DNA from: Mobula hypostoma
Lineage: Eukaryota
Assembly: GCF_963921235.1 (NCBI RefSeq)
Contig: NC_086108.1
Span: forward strand, 112,842,001 to 112,906,000
Direction: 5' to 3'
DNA: 64,000 nucleotides
Shown here: positions 49,500-60,448 of the stretch, in pieces
Layout: every line of letters begins with the position of its first letter
How positions within the stretch are numbered: the first letter of the stretch is position 1
Made by a program: the position numbers and the translations under genes
The notes under the pieces: generated by a model
Databases searched by the model: none
Seen by the model: the letters and a program-made list of their open reading frames with translations, nothing else
What the model was told of the DNA's origin: nothing

Positions 49500-51690
49500 A
49501 ACGAGAAATTCTGCAGGTTCTGGAAATCCAGAGCAACAAACACAAAATGTTGGAGGAACTCAGCAGGTCGTGCAGCACCAATGGAAATGACCAAACGGTT
49601 GATGCTTTGGGCCAAGACACTTCTTCAGGACTGGAAAGGGAGGGGGGAGATGCCATAATAAAAAGGTGTGTGGTGGTGGGAGGGGGGAAAGGAGGATAGT
49701 TAGAAGGTGATAGGTGAAGCCAGGTAGGTAGGAAAGGTAAAGAGTTGGAGAAGAAAGAATGTGAATGGAGAGGAGAGTACAGCATAGGAGAAAGGGGAGG
49801 AGGAGGGGACTGGGGAGGTGAGAAGAGGAGGGAATTTTTTTTACTGGAAAGAGAAATCAATAGTCATGCAATCAGGTTGGAGGGTACCCAGAGGGAACAT
49901 AAGGTGTTGCTCCTCCACCCTGAGGGTAGCCTCATCTTGGCACAAAAGGAGGCCATGGACCGACATGATGGAATGGAAATGGGAATGGAAATTGGAATTG
50001 GAATTAAAATATTAGGCCACCGGGAAGTTACGCTTTCGGTGGATGGAGCAGAGGTGCTCGACGAAGCGGTCCCACAATTTACAGTGGGTCTCACCAATGT
50101 AGAGGAGGCCGCATTGGGAGCACTGGTGACAACAGGTGAGGTCAGCTGGTTCTCAGTGTTGCCTCACCTGGATGGACTGTTTGGGGCCCTGAATGGAGGT
50201 GAATCGTCAGGTGTAGCATTTAGACCAACCGCTGGGATAAGTACATCAGTAACCAAGAGATTAAACAAAAGACCAGCTTTAATTACCTTGGTAGCTTTAT
50301 ATCACAAGATGCTAGAGGTAAAGTAGAAATAAAAAGAAGAATTGCCAAAACCATCTTCCAAAAAATGAAACCCAGTTTTACCAACAGACACATTTCTATG
50401 ACAAGGCTTAGGCTACTAAAATGTTGTATCTGGTCAATCTTGCTGTGTGCTTCCGAAACATGGCGGGACTGTCATATGTTGAAAGATTGGAGCGACTGGG
50501 CTTGTATACACTGGAATTTAGAAGGATGGGAGGGGATCTGATTGAAACATATAAGATTATTAAGGGATTGGACACGCTAGAGGCAGGAAACATGTTCCCG
50601 ATGTTGGGGGAGTCCAGAACCAGAGGCCACAGTTTAAGAATAATGGGTTGGGTAGACCATTCAGAACAGAGTTGAGGAAAAACTTTTTCACACAGAGGGT
50701 TGTGGATCTGTGGAATGCTCTGCCTCAGAAGGCAGTGGAGGCCAATTCTCTGGATTCTTTCAAGAAAGAGTTAGATAGAGCTCTTAAAGATAGCGGAGTG
50801 AAGGGATATGGGGAGAAGGCAGGAACGGGGTACTCATTGTGGATATCAGCCATGACCACAGTGAATGGCAGTGCTGGCTTGAAGGGCCGAATGGCCTACT
50901 CCTGCACCTATTGTCTATAACACCAGAACTCCAAAGAAACTTAGAAGCAAAAGAAATGTGGTTTCTTAGAAGAATGCTGAAAATATCATATAGAGATAGG
51001 GTAACTAATGAGACAGTACTCCAACGTGCCCATACAAAAAGATCTTTAATGAGAACATTAAATGAGAGGAAATTTAAATTCCTGGGCCATGTCATCAGAA
51101 GGGGAGAAATAGAATGCCTTACATTACAAGGCCGTATGCCTGGGAAACGCGGAACAGGAAGGCAAAAAAGAAAATATATGGACACTGTGAAAGAACTAAC
51201 AGATCTAAGTGTACGAGATATCATTGACGCTGCGAGGGATCATTCGATGTGGAGAGCCATGATCGCCCAAGCGTGTAACACGCAAGGCACATGAAGAAGA
51301 AGCTGGGATAAGTGCCGGGAGGGACAAATGGACAAGGGAACCACAGAGGGAGTGATCCTTGCGGAAAGCAGAAACGAGGGAATGATGGTTTGGTGGCAGG
51401 ATCCTTTTGCAGGTAGCAGAGGTTACAGAGTATGATGTGTTGGATGCAGAGATGGTAGGTGAGGACAAGAGGAACTCTGTCCCTGTTAAGGCAGTGGGAT
51501 GAGTGTGACCATTCAGGAACTGGAGGAGATGTGGGTGAGGGCAGCATCAATGGCGTAGGATGGTGAACACCTTCCTTTGCAGGAGGGCAATTGTGAAGTT
51601 CTGGAAAGAAAAGCCTCATCCTGGGAACAGATGCAGCAGAGAGCAAGGAACTGAGAGAAGGGATAGTATTTTTACAGCAGAGAGGGTGGG
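49500..51690 (-). mobile_element. Old Penelope remnant interrupted by an RTE-like LINE (plus, 50243-51301), which is interrupted by CR1 (plus, about 50457-50917)
   Basis: 12-bp TSD GCTGGGATAAGT at 50231-50242 and 51302-51313; EMWFLRRMLKISY.DRVTNE RTE motif; GAAGAAGAA tail. Confidence 0.85.
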
Positions 51691-51865
51691 AACAGCTACA
51701 AGTCCTGTAATCAATACATTAAGTTATGAAGGTCAATGTGCCAAAAGCTCTCTCGACACCACTTTTCAGGAGTTACGGATTTGTGTTTCCGGATCCCCCT
51801 GTTACTGTAACAAGGATCGGTGGGGGAGGACACAGACCCTATGCCATGTCCCGTGGACTACTCAC

Positions 51866-52242
51866 CGCGACAGGGAGAGCTTGCTTTTCACGGCCGTTAT
51901 CTGCTGCACCGCGGTCACTGACGCCGGTTCCGCGCTCGCGGTCATTTCTGCATCCTCTAAGCTCGTGCTCGGCCCCGGGAGCGCGCGCGCCGCTGCCCCT
52001 TCCAGCCGCACGGGCACGGCCGCGCCATCGAGCCGTGTGCACGGCTCCGGGCTGGCGCACCGTCCCGCTGGCCTGGAGCCGGGCTCCGCGCTTGGACTCG
52101 GGGCCGGTCCTCCCAGGATCCCAGCTGATCCTCCAGCGCTCAGGTTCCGGCCTACCGTCGGCGGACCTCCGGCACCCGGTGTCGGTCCTCCCAACAGGTT
52201 CAGCATCGGTCCTCCTAGCTCCGCCGTCTCTCCGCCCTCCAT
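51866..52242 (-). CDS. ZNHIT6: ZNHIT6 coding exon 1 (low-complexity N-terminus, MEGGETAE...KSKLSLSR)
   Basis: ATG at 52242 inside a CpG island; open to the GTGAGT donor at 51865; 377 nt (phase 2) joins exon 2 in frame; the end resembles vertebrate ZNHIT6 'KRKLAMSR'. The start codon choice is less certain than the donor. Confidence 0.8.
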
Positions 52243-52344
52243 GCCTGGCACCGCGTGGAGCCGCCGGCTGGGCGTCGGCACCGCTGCGCCCCGCCTCCCC
52301 GCAGCCCTTCCGCTTCCTGAAGCCGGCGCAGACCGCTGTGGCCC

Positions 52345-52676
52345 CGGGGCGGGGATAACTCGGGGAGCGGGGCCTGAGCCCCCGGGGCGGGGACCGGGAT
52401 AACTCGGGCAGCGGGGCCTGAGCCTCGGGGCGGGGTCGGGGATAACTCGGGGAGCGGGGCCTGAGCCTCGGGGCGGGGTCGGGGATAACTCGGGGAGCGG
52501 GGCCTGAGCCTCGGGGCGGGGTCGGGGATAACTCGGGGAGCGGGGCCTGAGCCTCGGGGCGGGGTCGGGGATAACTCGGGGAGCGGGGCCTGAGCCTCGG
52601 GGCGGGGTCGGGGATAACTCGGGGGGCGGGGACCGGGATAACTCGGGGAGCGGGGCCTGAGCCCCCGGGGCGGGGA
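52345..52676. repeat. 43-bp GC-rich minisatellite, about 7 units (GGGGATAACTCGGGGAGCGGGGCCTGAGCCTCGGGGCGGGGTC)
   Basis: GATAACTC recurs at 52441, 52484, 52527, 52570 and 52613. Confidence 0.95.
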
Positions 52677-52754
52677 GAGTTGGAGAGCCTGAGGTGCAGC
52701 AACTTGGGGGCGCGGAATGGTGAAAAGCGAGGAGCGATGAGAGGAATTTTAAAT

Positions 52755-53650
52755 CAACAACACAAATGCTGGAGAAGCTCAACAGACCATCTATGGGAAA
52801 GAGTTAACACAACGTTTCGGGTGGAGATGGAAGGGAAGGGGAGAGGTCAGAGCAAAGAGATGGGGGGAGGCGAGGAGAAGTACAAGGTGATGGGTGAAGC
52901 TGGGGTGGGCAGGGGCTGGGAAACATAATGGGCTGGAGAAGGGGGAATCTGATAGGATAGGCCACAGTAGAGAGAGAAGAGGGAGGCAAGGAGATAAGGT
53001 GAGGGGGGGAACAGGAATGAGGAATGCTGAAGGAGAGGAGGTTGGGGGGAATTATTGCATTCGAGAAATTGATGTTAATGCCTCAGTTTGGAGGTTACCC
53101 AATGGAATATAAGCTGTTCCTCCAGATATAGTAGATATCTCACAGACTTGCAGGTGAAGTGTTGCCTTGCCTGTAGGGACTGTTTAGGGCTCTGAATGGG
53201 GAGTGAGGAGGTGTAGAGGCAGGTGTGGAACTTGTTACACTTGCTAAATGCTTGGAGGGAGATCGGGGCCAGTTATCAGCCCAAAATGACTGTTTACTCT
53301 TTTAGATAGATATACTTTATTGATCCTGAGGGAAATTGGGTTTCATAACAGCTGCACCAACCAAGAATAGGGCGTAAATATAGCAATACAAAACCTCAAA
53401 CAAACAAACAAACAATCTCCCCTTCCGTTCCATTCCTGAGGAAAGGTCTTGACCTGAAACATTGACTGTTAACTCTTTCCCATAGATGGCCTGTTGAGCT
53501 TCTCCAGCATTTGTGTGTGCTGTTGATTTAAAATCCCTCTCATTGCTCCTCGCTTTTCACCATTCCATAGATGCTGCCTGTCCTGCTGAGTTCCTCCAGC
53601 ATTTTGTTTGTTTTGCTTGGATTTCCAGCATCTGCAGATTTTCCTATGTT
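52755..53650. mobile_element. Old Penelope 3' remnants and termini upstream of the ZNHIT6 promoter
   Basis: Degenerate similarity to 100-540 and to the hammerhead-bearing terminus. Confidence 0.6.
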
Positions 53651-54937
53651 TGGAATTTCAATGAGATGCTTTTTACACGAGAACAGTCGGTGCTGGGAAT
53701 GGACATGGTGTAGGACTCATTTTCAAGTCTCTCAAAGCAAATTTATTATCAAAGTACATAGATGTCACCATATACAACTAAGATTCATTTTCTTGCAGGC
53801 ATACTCAATAAATCCAATAGCCATAATAGAATCAATGAAAAACCACACCCAAGAGGATGGGCAAAAACCAAAGTGTAAAAAAGAACAAGCTATGCAAATA
53901 CAGAAAGAAAGGGAATAGTAGTAGTAAATAAATAAACAAATAACAAGAACATGAGTTGAAGAGTCCTTGAAAGTGAGTTCATAGGTTGTGGGAATATTTC
54001 AGGGATGTGGTGAGTGAAGTTATTCAGTTTGGTTCAGCAGCCTGAGGGTTGAGGGAGAATAACTTCTTGAACCTGGAAGCGTGGGTCCTGAGGCTCCTGT
54101 ACCTCCTTCCTGGTGGCAGCAGTAAGAAGAGAGCATAGCCTGGCAGGTGGGGGTCCCTGACAATAGATGCAACAACACTCCATGTAGATGTACTCAATGG
54201 TGGGGCAGGTTTTACCTGTGATGGACTGGGCCATATCGGATTTACTTTTTGGCTGTCACTTGTTTGTCAGTCTTTTGTTCATGCGTAGTTTTATTTGTAA
54301 ATTCTATTATCTTTCTTTGTTTTTCTGTAAATGCCTGCAAGTAAATGAATCTCAATGAATATATGCATTCATGGCCACTTTATTGGGTACAGCTGTACAC
54401 TTGCTCATGAATGCAAATATTTAATCAATCGATTATAAATTGCACATTTAAACGGAGATGTTATGTGAAGATTTTTACTCCTCATGTATATGAAGGATTT
54501 AAGAAATAAAGGCAATTCAATTCATGTAGCAGCAATTCAATGCATAAATGCATTCAGACGTCTAGAGGCGTAAAGAAGAACAGCACAGAAATAGGCCCTT
54601 CGGCCCATCTAGTCTGTAGTGAACCATTTAAACTACCTACTCCCAACCTCCTGCACTGGGACCATTGCCCTCCATCCACATACTTCTCTTAAATATTAAA
54701 GTCAAGCTTGCATGCACCACCTGTGCTGGCAGCTCATTCCACACTCTCATGACCCTCTGAGTGAAGAGGTTTCCCCTCATATTCCCCTTAAATTATTCAC
54801 CTTTCACCCTTAAGCCATGACCTCTAATTGTAGTCCCACCCAACCTCGGTGGAAAAAGCCTGTTTGCATTTACTCTATCTATACCCCTCATAATTTTGTG
54901 TACCTCTATCAAATCTGATCTCAATATTCTATGTTAT

Positions 54938-57900
54938 GGATTTGCCTGCTGGCAGCTGATGGAGTAACAGCTCTCTACTGCTGCTCCTAATTTACTTACT
55001 TTTCTCTCCAACCTTTTGAAATACTACTGTTAGACGGGATAGTATTTTAATATGACTACCAAAGCAGCTTTGGAAGCTATTACAGGCTCAATTCAAAAGC
55101 TTACTGAGGAGTTTCAACAGTTCAGAAAAGAAATCAGCGCTGAAGTTAAACAAATAGGTACGAAACTAGAAGATATTCAAGCAATTCTAACCGAGCATGA
55201 TAAGAAGATAAAAGAACATGAAGATGTTATTACTTTACTGGACGAGAGAATGGATGATATGCAAAAGCTGTATGAGAAACAATCCAAGTCCAATGAAATA
55301 ATGAGACAGAAGATTATTGAAGTAGGAGAAACAACTTACGAATCTTGGGACTTAAAGAACAAACAGAAGGAGATAATCCTAAAGAATTCTTTGCAAACCT
55401 TTTGATGGAATTATTCCCTGATATTATAAAGTCTCTGCCTTTGATTGATCATGTCCATAGGTTGCCTATCTATGGATCGACTTCAAAATGAAAACCAAAA
55501 TCAGTCATTATGTTTCCATGAATTTCAAATAAAGGATCGTCTGATTCGAGCTGCCCATTGAAAAGGTATGATTGACTACCAAGATCAAAAGATTTGTATT
55601 GTTGAAGATTTTTCATCAGAAGTTATGGCAGAACGTGTTAAATTTAAAAAAGTTATGGCGGAGCTATACAGCCAAAATTTTAAACCCTCCCTGCGTTCTC
55701 CAGCTCGATTGAGAATTACATTGGAAAATGGATCAGTTAAATGGTTTTATACGAAGGAGTAGGCGCAAAAATTTTTGGACTTAAGAAAATGACTGTATAC
55801 ATATATTGAATAGATTAAAAATCTTGCAAAAACAGAAATACTACATATTAAGAAAAATGACTGTTTAACATCTTTCAGTATGTATAATTGCTATTTCTGT
55901 TTGATAAACCTGCCTAAGCTTGTCTTCCACTGTATATTATTTAGTCTTGATTGGAATAGTAAATAACCTTGAATTCTTTGGAGCGGTTCCAACAGGCTTT
56001 CTAAGGGAATGTGTTAAGGGGAAGTAGATAGTGGTTGCTCTTTGACTGAGTTTCTCTCTTTGGGAGGAGGGAGGGGGATGGGAAGCTCTTTTTTCTTGAA
56101 GCGAGTTTGGGAATCTAGTTAATTCTGTTGCTTAGCTAATATATCTCAAGGTTTGTTATTTGGGTTTAATTTATATTTTTCTGATTGCTACTTTAACCTT
56201 TCTTATAAATAGTTTAAAAATGGATCAAAGTATTAATTTACTTTGTTTTAACGTTAAAGGGCTAAATCACCACGTGAAAAGAAATAAGATTTTTGCCTAT
56301 ATTAAAAAACTTAAGGTACCAATTGCTTTTCTTCAAGAAACGCATATACGTAAGTGTGACACGCCTTTTTAATTGATAGAGAAAATCTCATTTCCATCCT
56401 CGTTTCAGGCCAAAGCTAGAGGGGTTTCGATCCTTATAATAAAGTTCCCTTTGTTCAATATAAAGTAATTTTTGATACTAATGGGCATTTTCTTACAGTA
56501 TCAGGGAAACTAAAAAATTAATGGTATTTGCCAATGCATATGCTCCGAATATAGATGACCCAGGCTTCTTTGAGAGATTTTTTTCATTTTTGCCAGAGCT
56601 AAGTCTCTACTCAATGGTGATGGGTATAGACTTTAATTGTTGCTTAGATCCAGTTTTAGATTGTTCATCCTATAAACCAATGATACCAAATAAATCAGCT
56701 GTGTTTATTAAATCTTTTTTTAGTGAAATGTGGTATTATTGGTGCTTGGTATTTTTTTATCCAGTAGACAAGGAATATGCGTTTTTCTCTCATGTCCATC
56801 ATACATATTCCAGGATTGATTTTTTTTTATTGATAGCCAAATGATTCCATTAGTTCGATCCTGTGAATATAAAGAGATTGCTGTTTCAGATCACGCGCCT
56901 GTGTTTCTATCTTTAAATCTCCCTGGTCTTCTTCAAACAAATAGATTCTGGCCATTTAATCTAACTTTGTTATCTGATAAAGATTTTTTAAAGTTTATGG
57001 CGAGACAAATTACTTTTTTTTTGAAGAGACTATGTTAGAGGAGACTTCTAGTCTTATCAGATGGGATGCCTTTAAGGCATATATTAGAGGACAAATTATT
57101 TCTTATACTGCAAGTATTAAGAAAAAAGCTGATAAAGAGAGAAGTGATTTAGCTAATCAGCTGAAACAGTTAGACCAAGAGTATGCCTTGGCTCCAGAAC
57201 CTGCCTTATATAAAAGACGTATTGAAATTAAAACTAAATATGATCTCATTTTAACTTATCCAATTGAAACCCAACTTGTAAAAGATAAAAGTCAATTTTA
57301 TATTCATGGAGATAAAACAGGTAAATTATTGGCTGATCAAATTAAAACTTTTAGAGCTAAACAACAGATTAAAGAAATATGCAAAGCTAATGGTGATAGG
57401 ACAACTGATTATTTAGAAATAAATAATACTTTTAGAGAATTTTACCCTAAACTTTATAGTTCTGAATCTTCTAAGGATAACACTGTAATGAACAATTTTT
57501 TAGATCAACTAAACATTCCCACAATTTCTGTCGACAACAGAAAGTTGCTGGAACAACCTATTTCTTTTGAGGAAATTGTTGAGGCTGTGCGCTCATTACG
57601 TTTGAGGAAAAGTCCGGGTCCAGATGGATTTTCTGGAGAATTTCACAAGACCTTTTCCTCATTGCTTATACCTCATTTATGTTCAGTTTTATGGATTCAT
57701 TTCAGTCGGGCAGACTCTTTCAATATTTTTATGAGGCTTCCATTTCTCTTATTCTTAAAAAGAATAAGGATCCAACTGAATGCTCTTCTTGTAGACCAAT
57801 CTTTTTACTTAATGTTGATACTAGGATCCTATCTAAAGTTTTGGCCCATAGGATTGAAAATATTTTATTATCTGTCATTTCTGATAACCAAACTGGATTT

Positions 57901-60448
57901 ATCAAAAATCGATATTCTCACTTTAATATTCGTAAGTTATTAAATGTTATTTATTCTCCTTCTATCATGATATCGGAATGTGTGGTATCCCTAGATGCTG
58001 AGAAAGCTTTCGATGGAGTTGAATGGAATTATTTATTTAAAACTTTAGAAAAATTAAATTTTGGACCCGTTTTCATTCAATGGATTAAATTACTTTATTT
58101 AGCTTCTTCTGCTAGGGTTATCACTAATTCTCATAATTCCAAACCATTTAAGCTTCAACATGGCACTAGACAAGGGTGTTCATTGAGCCCTTTGCTTTTT
58201 GATCTGGCCTTAGAACCCTTAGCCATTGCCTTTCGAGAATCTAATGATATCACTGGTATTTTAAGGAGAGACACTATTCATGAAGTCTCGCTGTACGCTG
58301 ATGATTTGCTGCTATTTATTTCTAATGTTGAGACTTCGTTTCCCCATGTGCTTTCTTTACTCTCCTGTTTTAGCCGGTTCTCGGGTTATAAATTAAACCT
58401 ATATAAAAGTGAACTTTTTCCTTTGAACAATTTGATACCAACGAGTTCTAACCTTCCTTTTAAAATTGTAAGAAACCAATTTACCTACTTAGGTGTAACA
58501 ATCACTAAAAACTATAAGTGTCTATTTAAAGAAAATTTTTTTACCCTATTGAATCATGTAAAAAGGATACTATCAAATTGGTCACCTCTTTCATTATCGC
58601 TGATTGGTCGAATCAACTCTATCAAATGAATATATTACCTAAATTTATATATCTCTTTCAGGCATTGCTGGTTTTTATTCCTAAATCCTTTTTTGATTCC
58701 CTTGACTCTATTATATCTTCTTATATCTGGAAAAATAAGCATTCTAGATTAAACAAAATTCATCTTCAGAAAGATAAAAAGAATGGAGCATTAGCTTTAC
58801 CAAACGCTAGATTTTATTGTTGGGCAGTAATATAAGAAATCTTACATTCTGGTTATATTACATAAATTGTGAGGATTGCCTGATGTGAGTTTTTTTTAGA
58901 AGCTAACTCTGTTAATAAATTCTCTATTATTTCTCTTAGATCCTCACTCCCTTTGCCTCTGAGTAAGTTAACTGATAATCTGGTAGTTAAACACACTATG
59001 AGAATTTGGATACAATTCCGAAAATACTTTGGCTTATGGAGATTTTCTCTTTTGTGTCCCATTTTTTCTAATTATTTTTTTAAACCCTCTATGATTGATG
59101 TGGCTTTTAAAGAATGGGATAGATTAGGTATTAAATGCTTTCAGGACTCGTTTGAAGAGGAAAGTCTTTTTTCATTTGAACAACTGTCAACTAATTATAG
59201 TTTACCCAAAACTCATTTTTTTCGATACCTACAAATAAGATTTTTTACGGTCTCAAGTAAGTATATTTCTTAAAAGTCCTGATAAGAATCTGCTAGATGT
59301 AATCTTTAACTTGAAGCCTTTATTTAATGGATCTATATCTAATATTTATAATATGCACATGGCCAAGTGGTTAAGGCGTTCATCTAGTTACCTCAATGTC
59401 GCTAGTTCGAGCCTCAGCTGTGGCAGCGTGTTTGTGCCCTTGAGCAAGGCACTTAATCACACATTGCTCCAGTCTGTGCGAGGAGTGGCGTCCCACACAG
59501 ACTTCCAATCTGTGCCTTGTAAGACATGAAAATGCCCGACGCAGACCTCTCATGGTCTGAGTCGACGTTCCCTCCCCTATAATATGCTGCTGGGAATGAG
59601 AAGTGTTCCTTTAGATAAAATTAAAAATCTTTGGGAACAAGATTTACAGATTTCATTTTCTGAGGAAACTTGGAATCAAATGTTTTAATTAGTTGACACT
59701 TCATCATTATGTGCTCGCCACTCTCTCCTACAATTTAAAGTGTTCCATAGGGCCCAGATGACCAAGGATAAATTGTCTCGTTTTTATTTAGATACATCTC
59801 CATATTGTGATAAATGTAATAATGGAGAAGCTTCACTCATTCATATGTTTTGGACATGTCCGTGTCTTGGAAAATATTGGAAAGAAGTATTTCAAACTTT
59901 CTCGATACTTTTTAAAGTAAACTTTAAGCCTAATCCTTTGACTGCTTTATTTGGTATTGGAGGAAAGGATATTACTTTGGAGTTATCTGACTTGAACAAT
60001 TTGGCTTTTATGTCTCTGATGGCCAGAAGGACACTCTTGCTTAAATGGAAAGATGCGGCCCCTCCTATTCACGCCCAATGGTTACGTGATGTGATGTCAT
60101 GTGATGTTTAAATTTAGAGAAGATTCGGTGTTCAATCTCTGAATCTAGTCAAGACTTTCAAACATTGTGGAGACCTTTTCTGAATTACTTTCAAAACCTT
60201 TGATTTGCTGTTAGAGCACAGATGATGACTAATAATTTTTTCCCCTTTTTTTCTTTACCAATCAGCTTTGGTCTTGGTAGTGGGTTAGATTTTTTTAATA
60301 TAATAAATGTTACAAATCAATTAACTTGTATGAATATAGGGTACGGAGTCTTTATATGTGATTTAGAATAATGTGTCGATATATATTTTTTTCCGGAGCT
60401 CTGTATTCTTATATGTAAATTAATTAATTAATAAAAATATTGGAAAAG
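54938..60448 (+). mobile_element. Full-length but decayed L1-clade LINE (ORF1 about 55052-55790; ORF2 about 56220-60200: APE, RT, zinc knuckle)
   Basis: FNVKGLN, FLQETH, SDHAP, KSPGPDGF, GTRQGCSLSPLLF, YADD and C..C...HMFWTCP motifs; AATAAA near the end; 15-bp TSD AATATTCTATGTTAT at 54923-54937 and 60449-60463. Confidence 0.93.
59357..59577 (+). mobile_element. tRNA-derived SINE inserted in L1 ORF2
   Basis: A box TGGCCAAGTGG and B box GTTCGAGCC; 10-bp TSD TATAATATGC at 59347-59356 and 59578-59587. Confidence 0.85.

Larger units (their letters stand above)
51850..52720. promoter_or_regulatory. CpG island, probable ZNHIT6 promoter, with tandem ETS-like GGAAGCGGAAG (minus strand, 52307-52317) and multiple GGGGCGGGG boxes
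   Basis: Very GC- and CpG-rich compared with the flanks; overlaps coding exon 1. Confidence 0.75.

Noticed and set aside
3993..51865. Intronic box C/D snoRNAs in ZNHIT6
   Set aside because: I found no convincing C/D box pair with a terminal stem by eye, and the TGATGA hits examined lie in repeats; a snoscan/Infernal run would be needed to exclude them
51560..52782. Long overlapping ORFs on both strands
   Set aside because: Stop-poor GC-rich DNA; only the minus frame 52242-51866 has a donor and joins the zf-HIT exon
59357..59430. tRNA gene
   Set aside because: A and B boxes are present but there is no convincing cloverleaf; it continues into a SINE body bounded by a TSD
54938..60448. Active L1
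   Set aside because: Multiple frameshifts and stops in both ORFs, plus a SINE insertion
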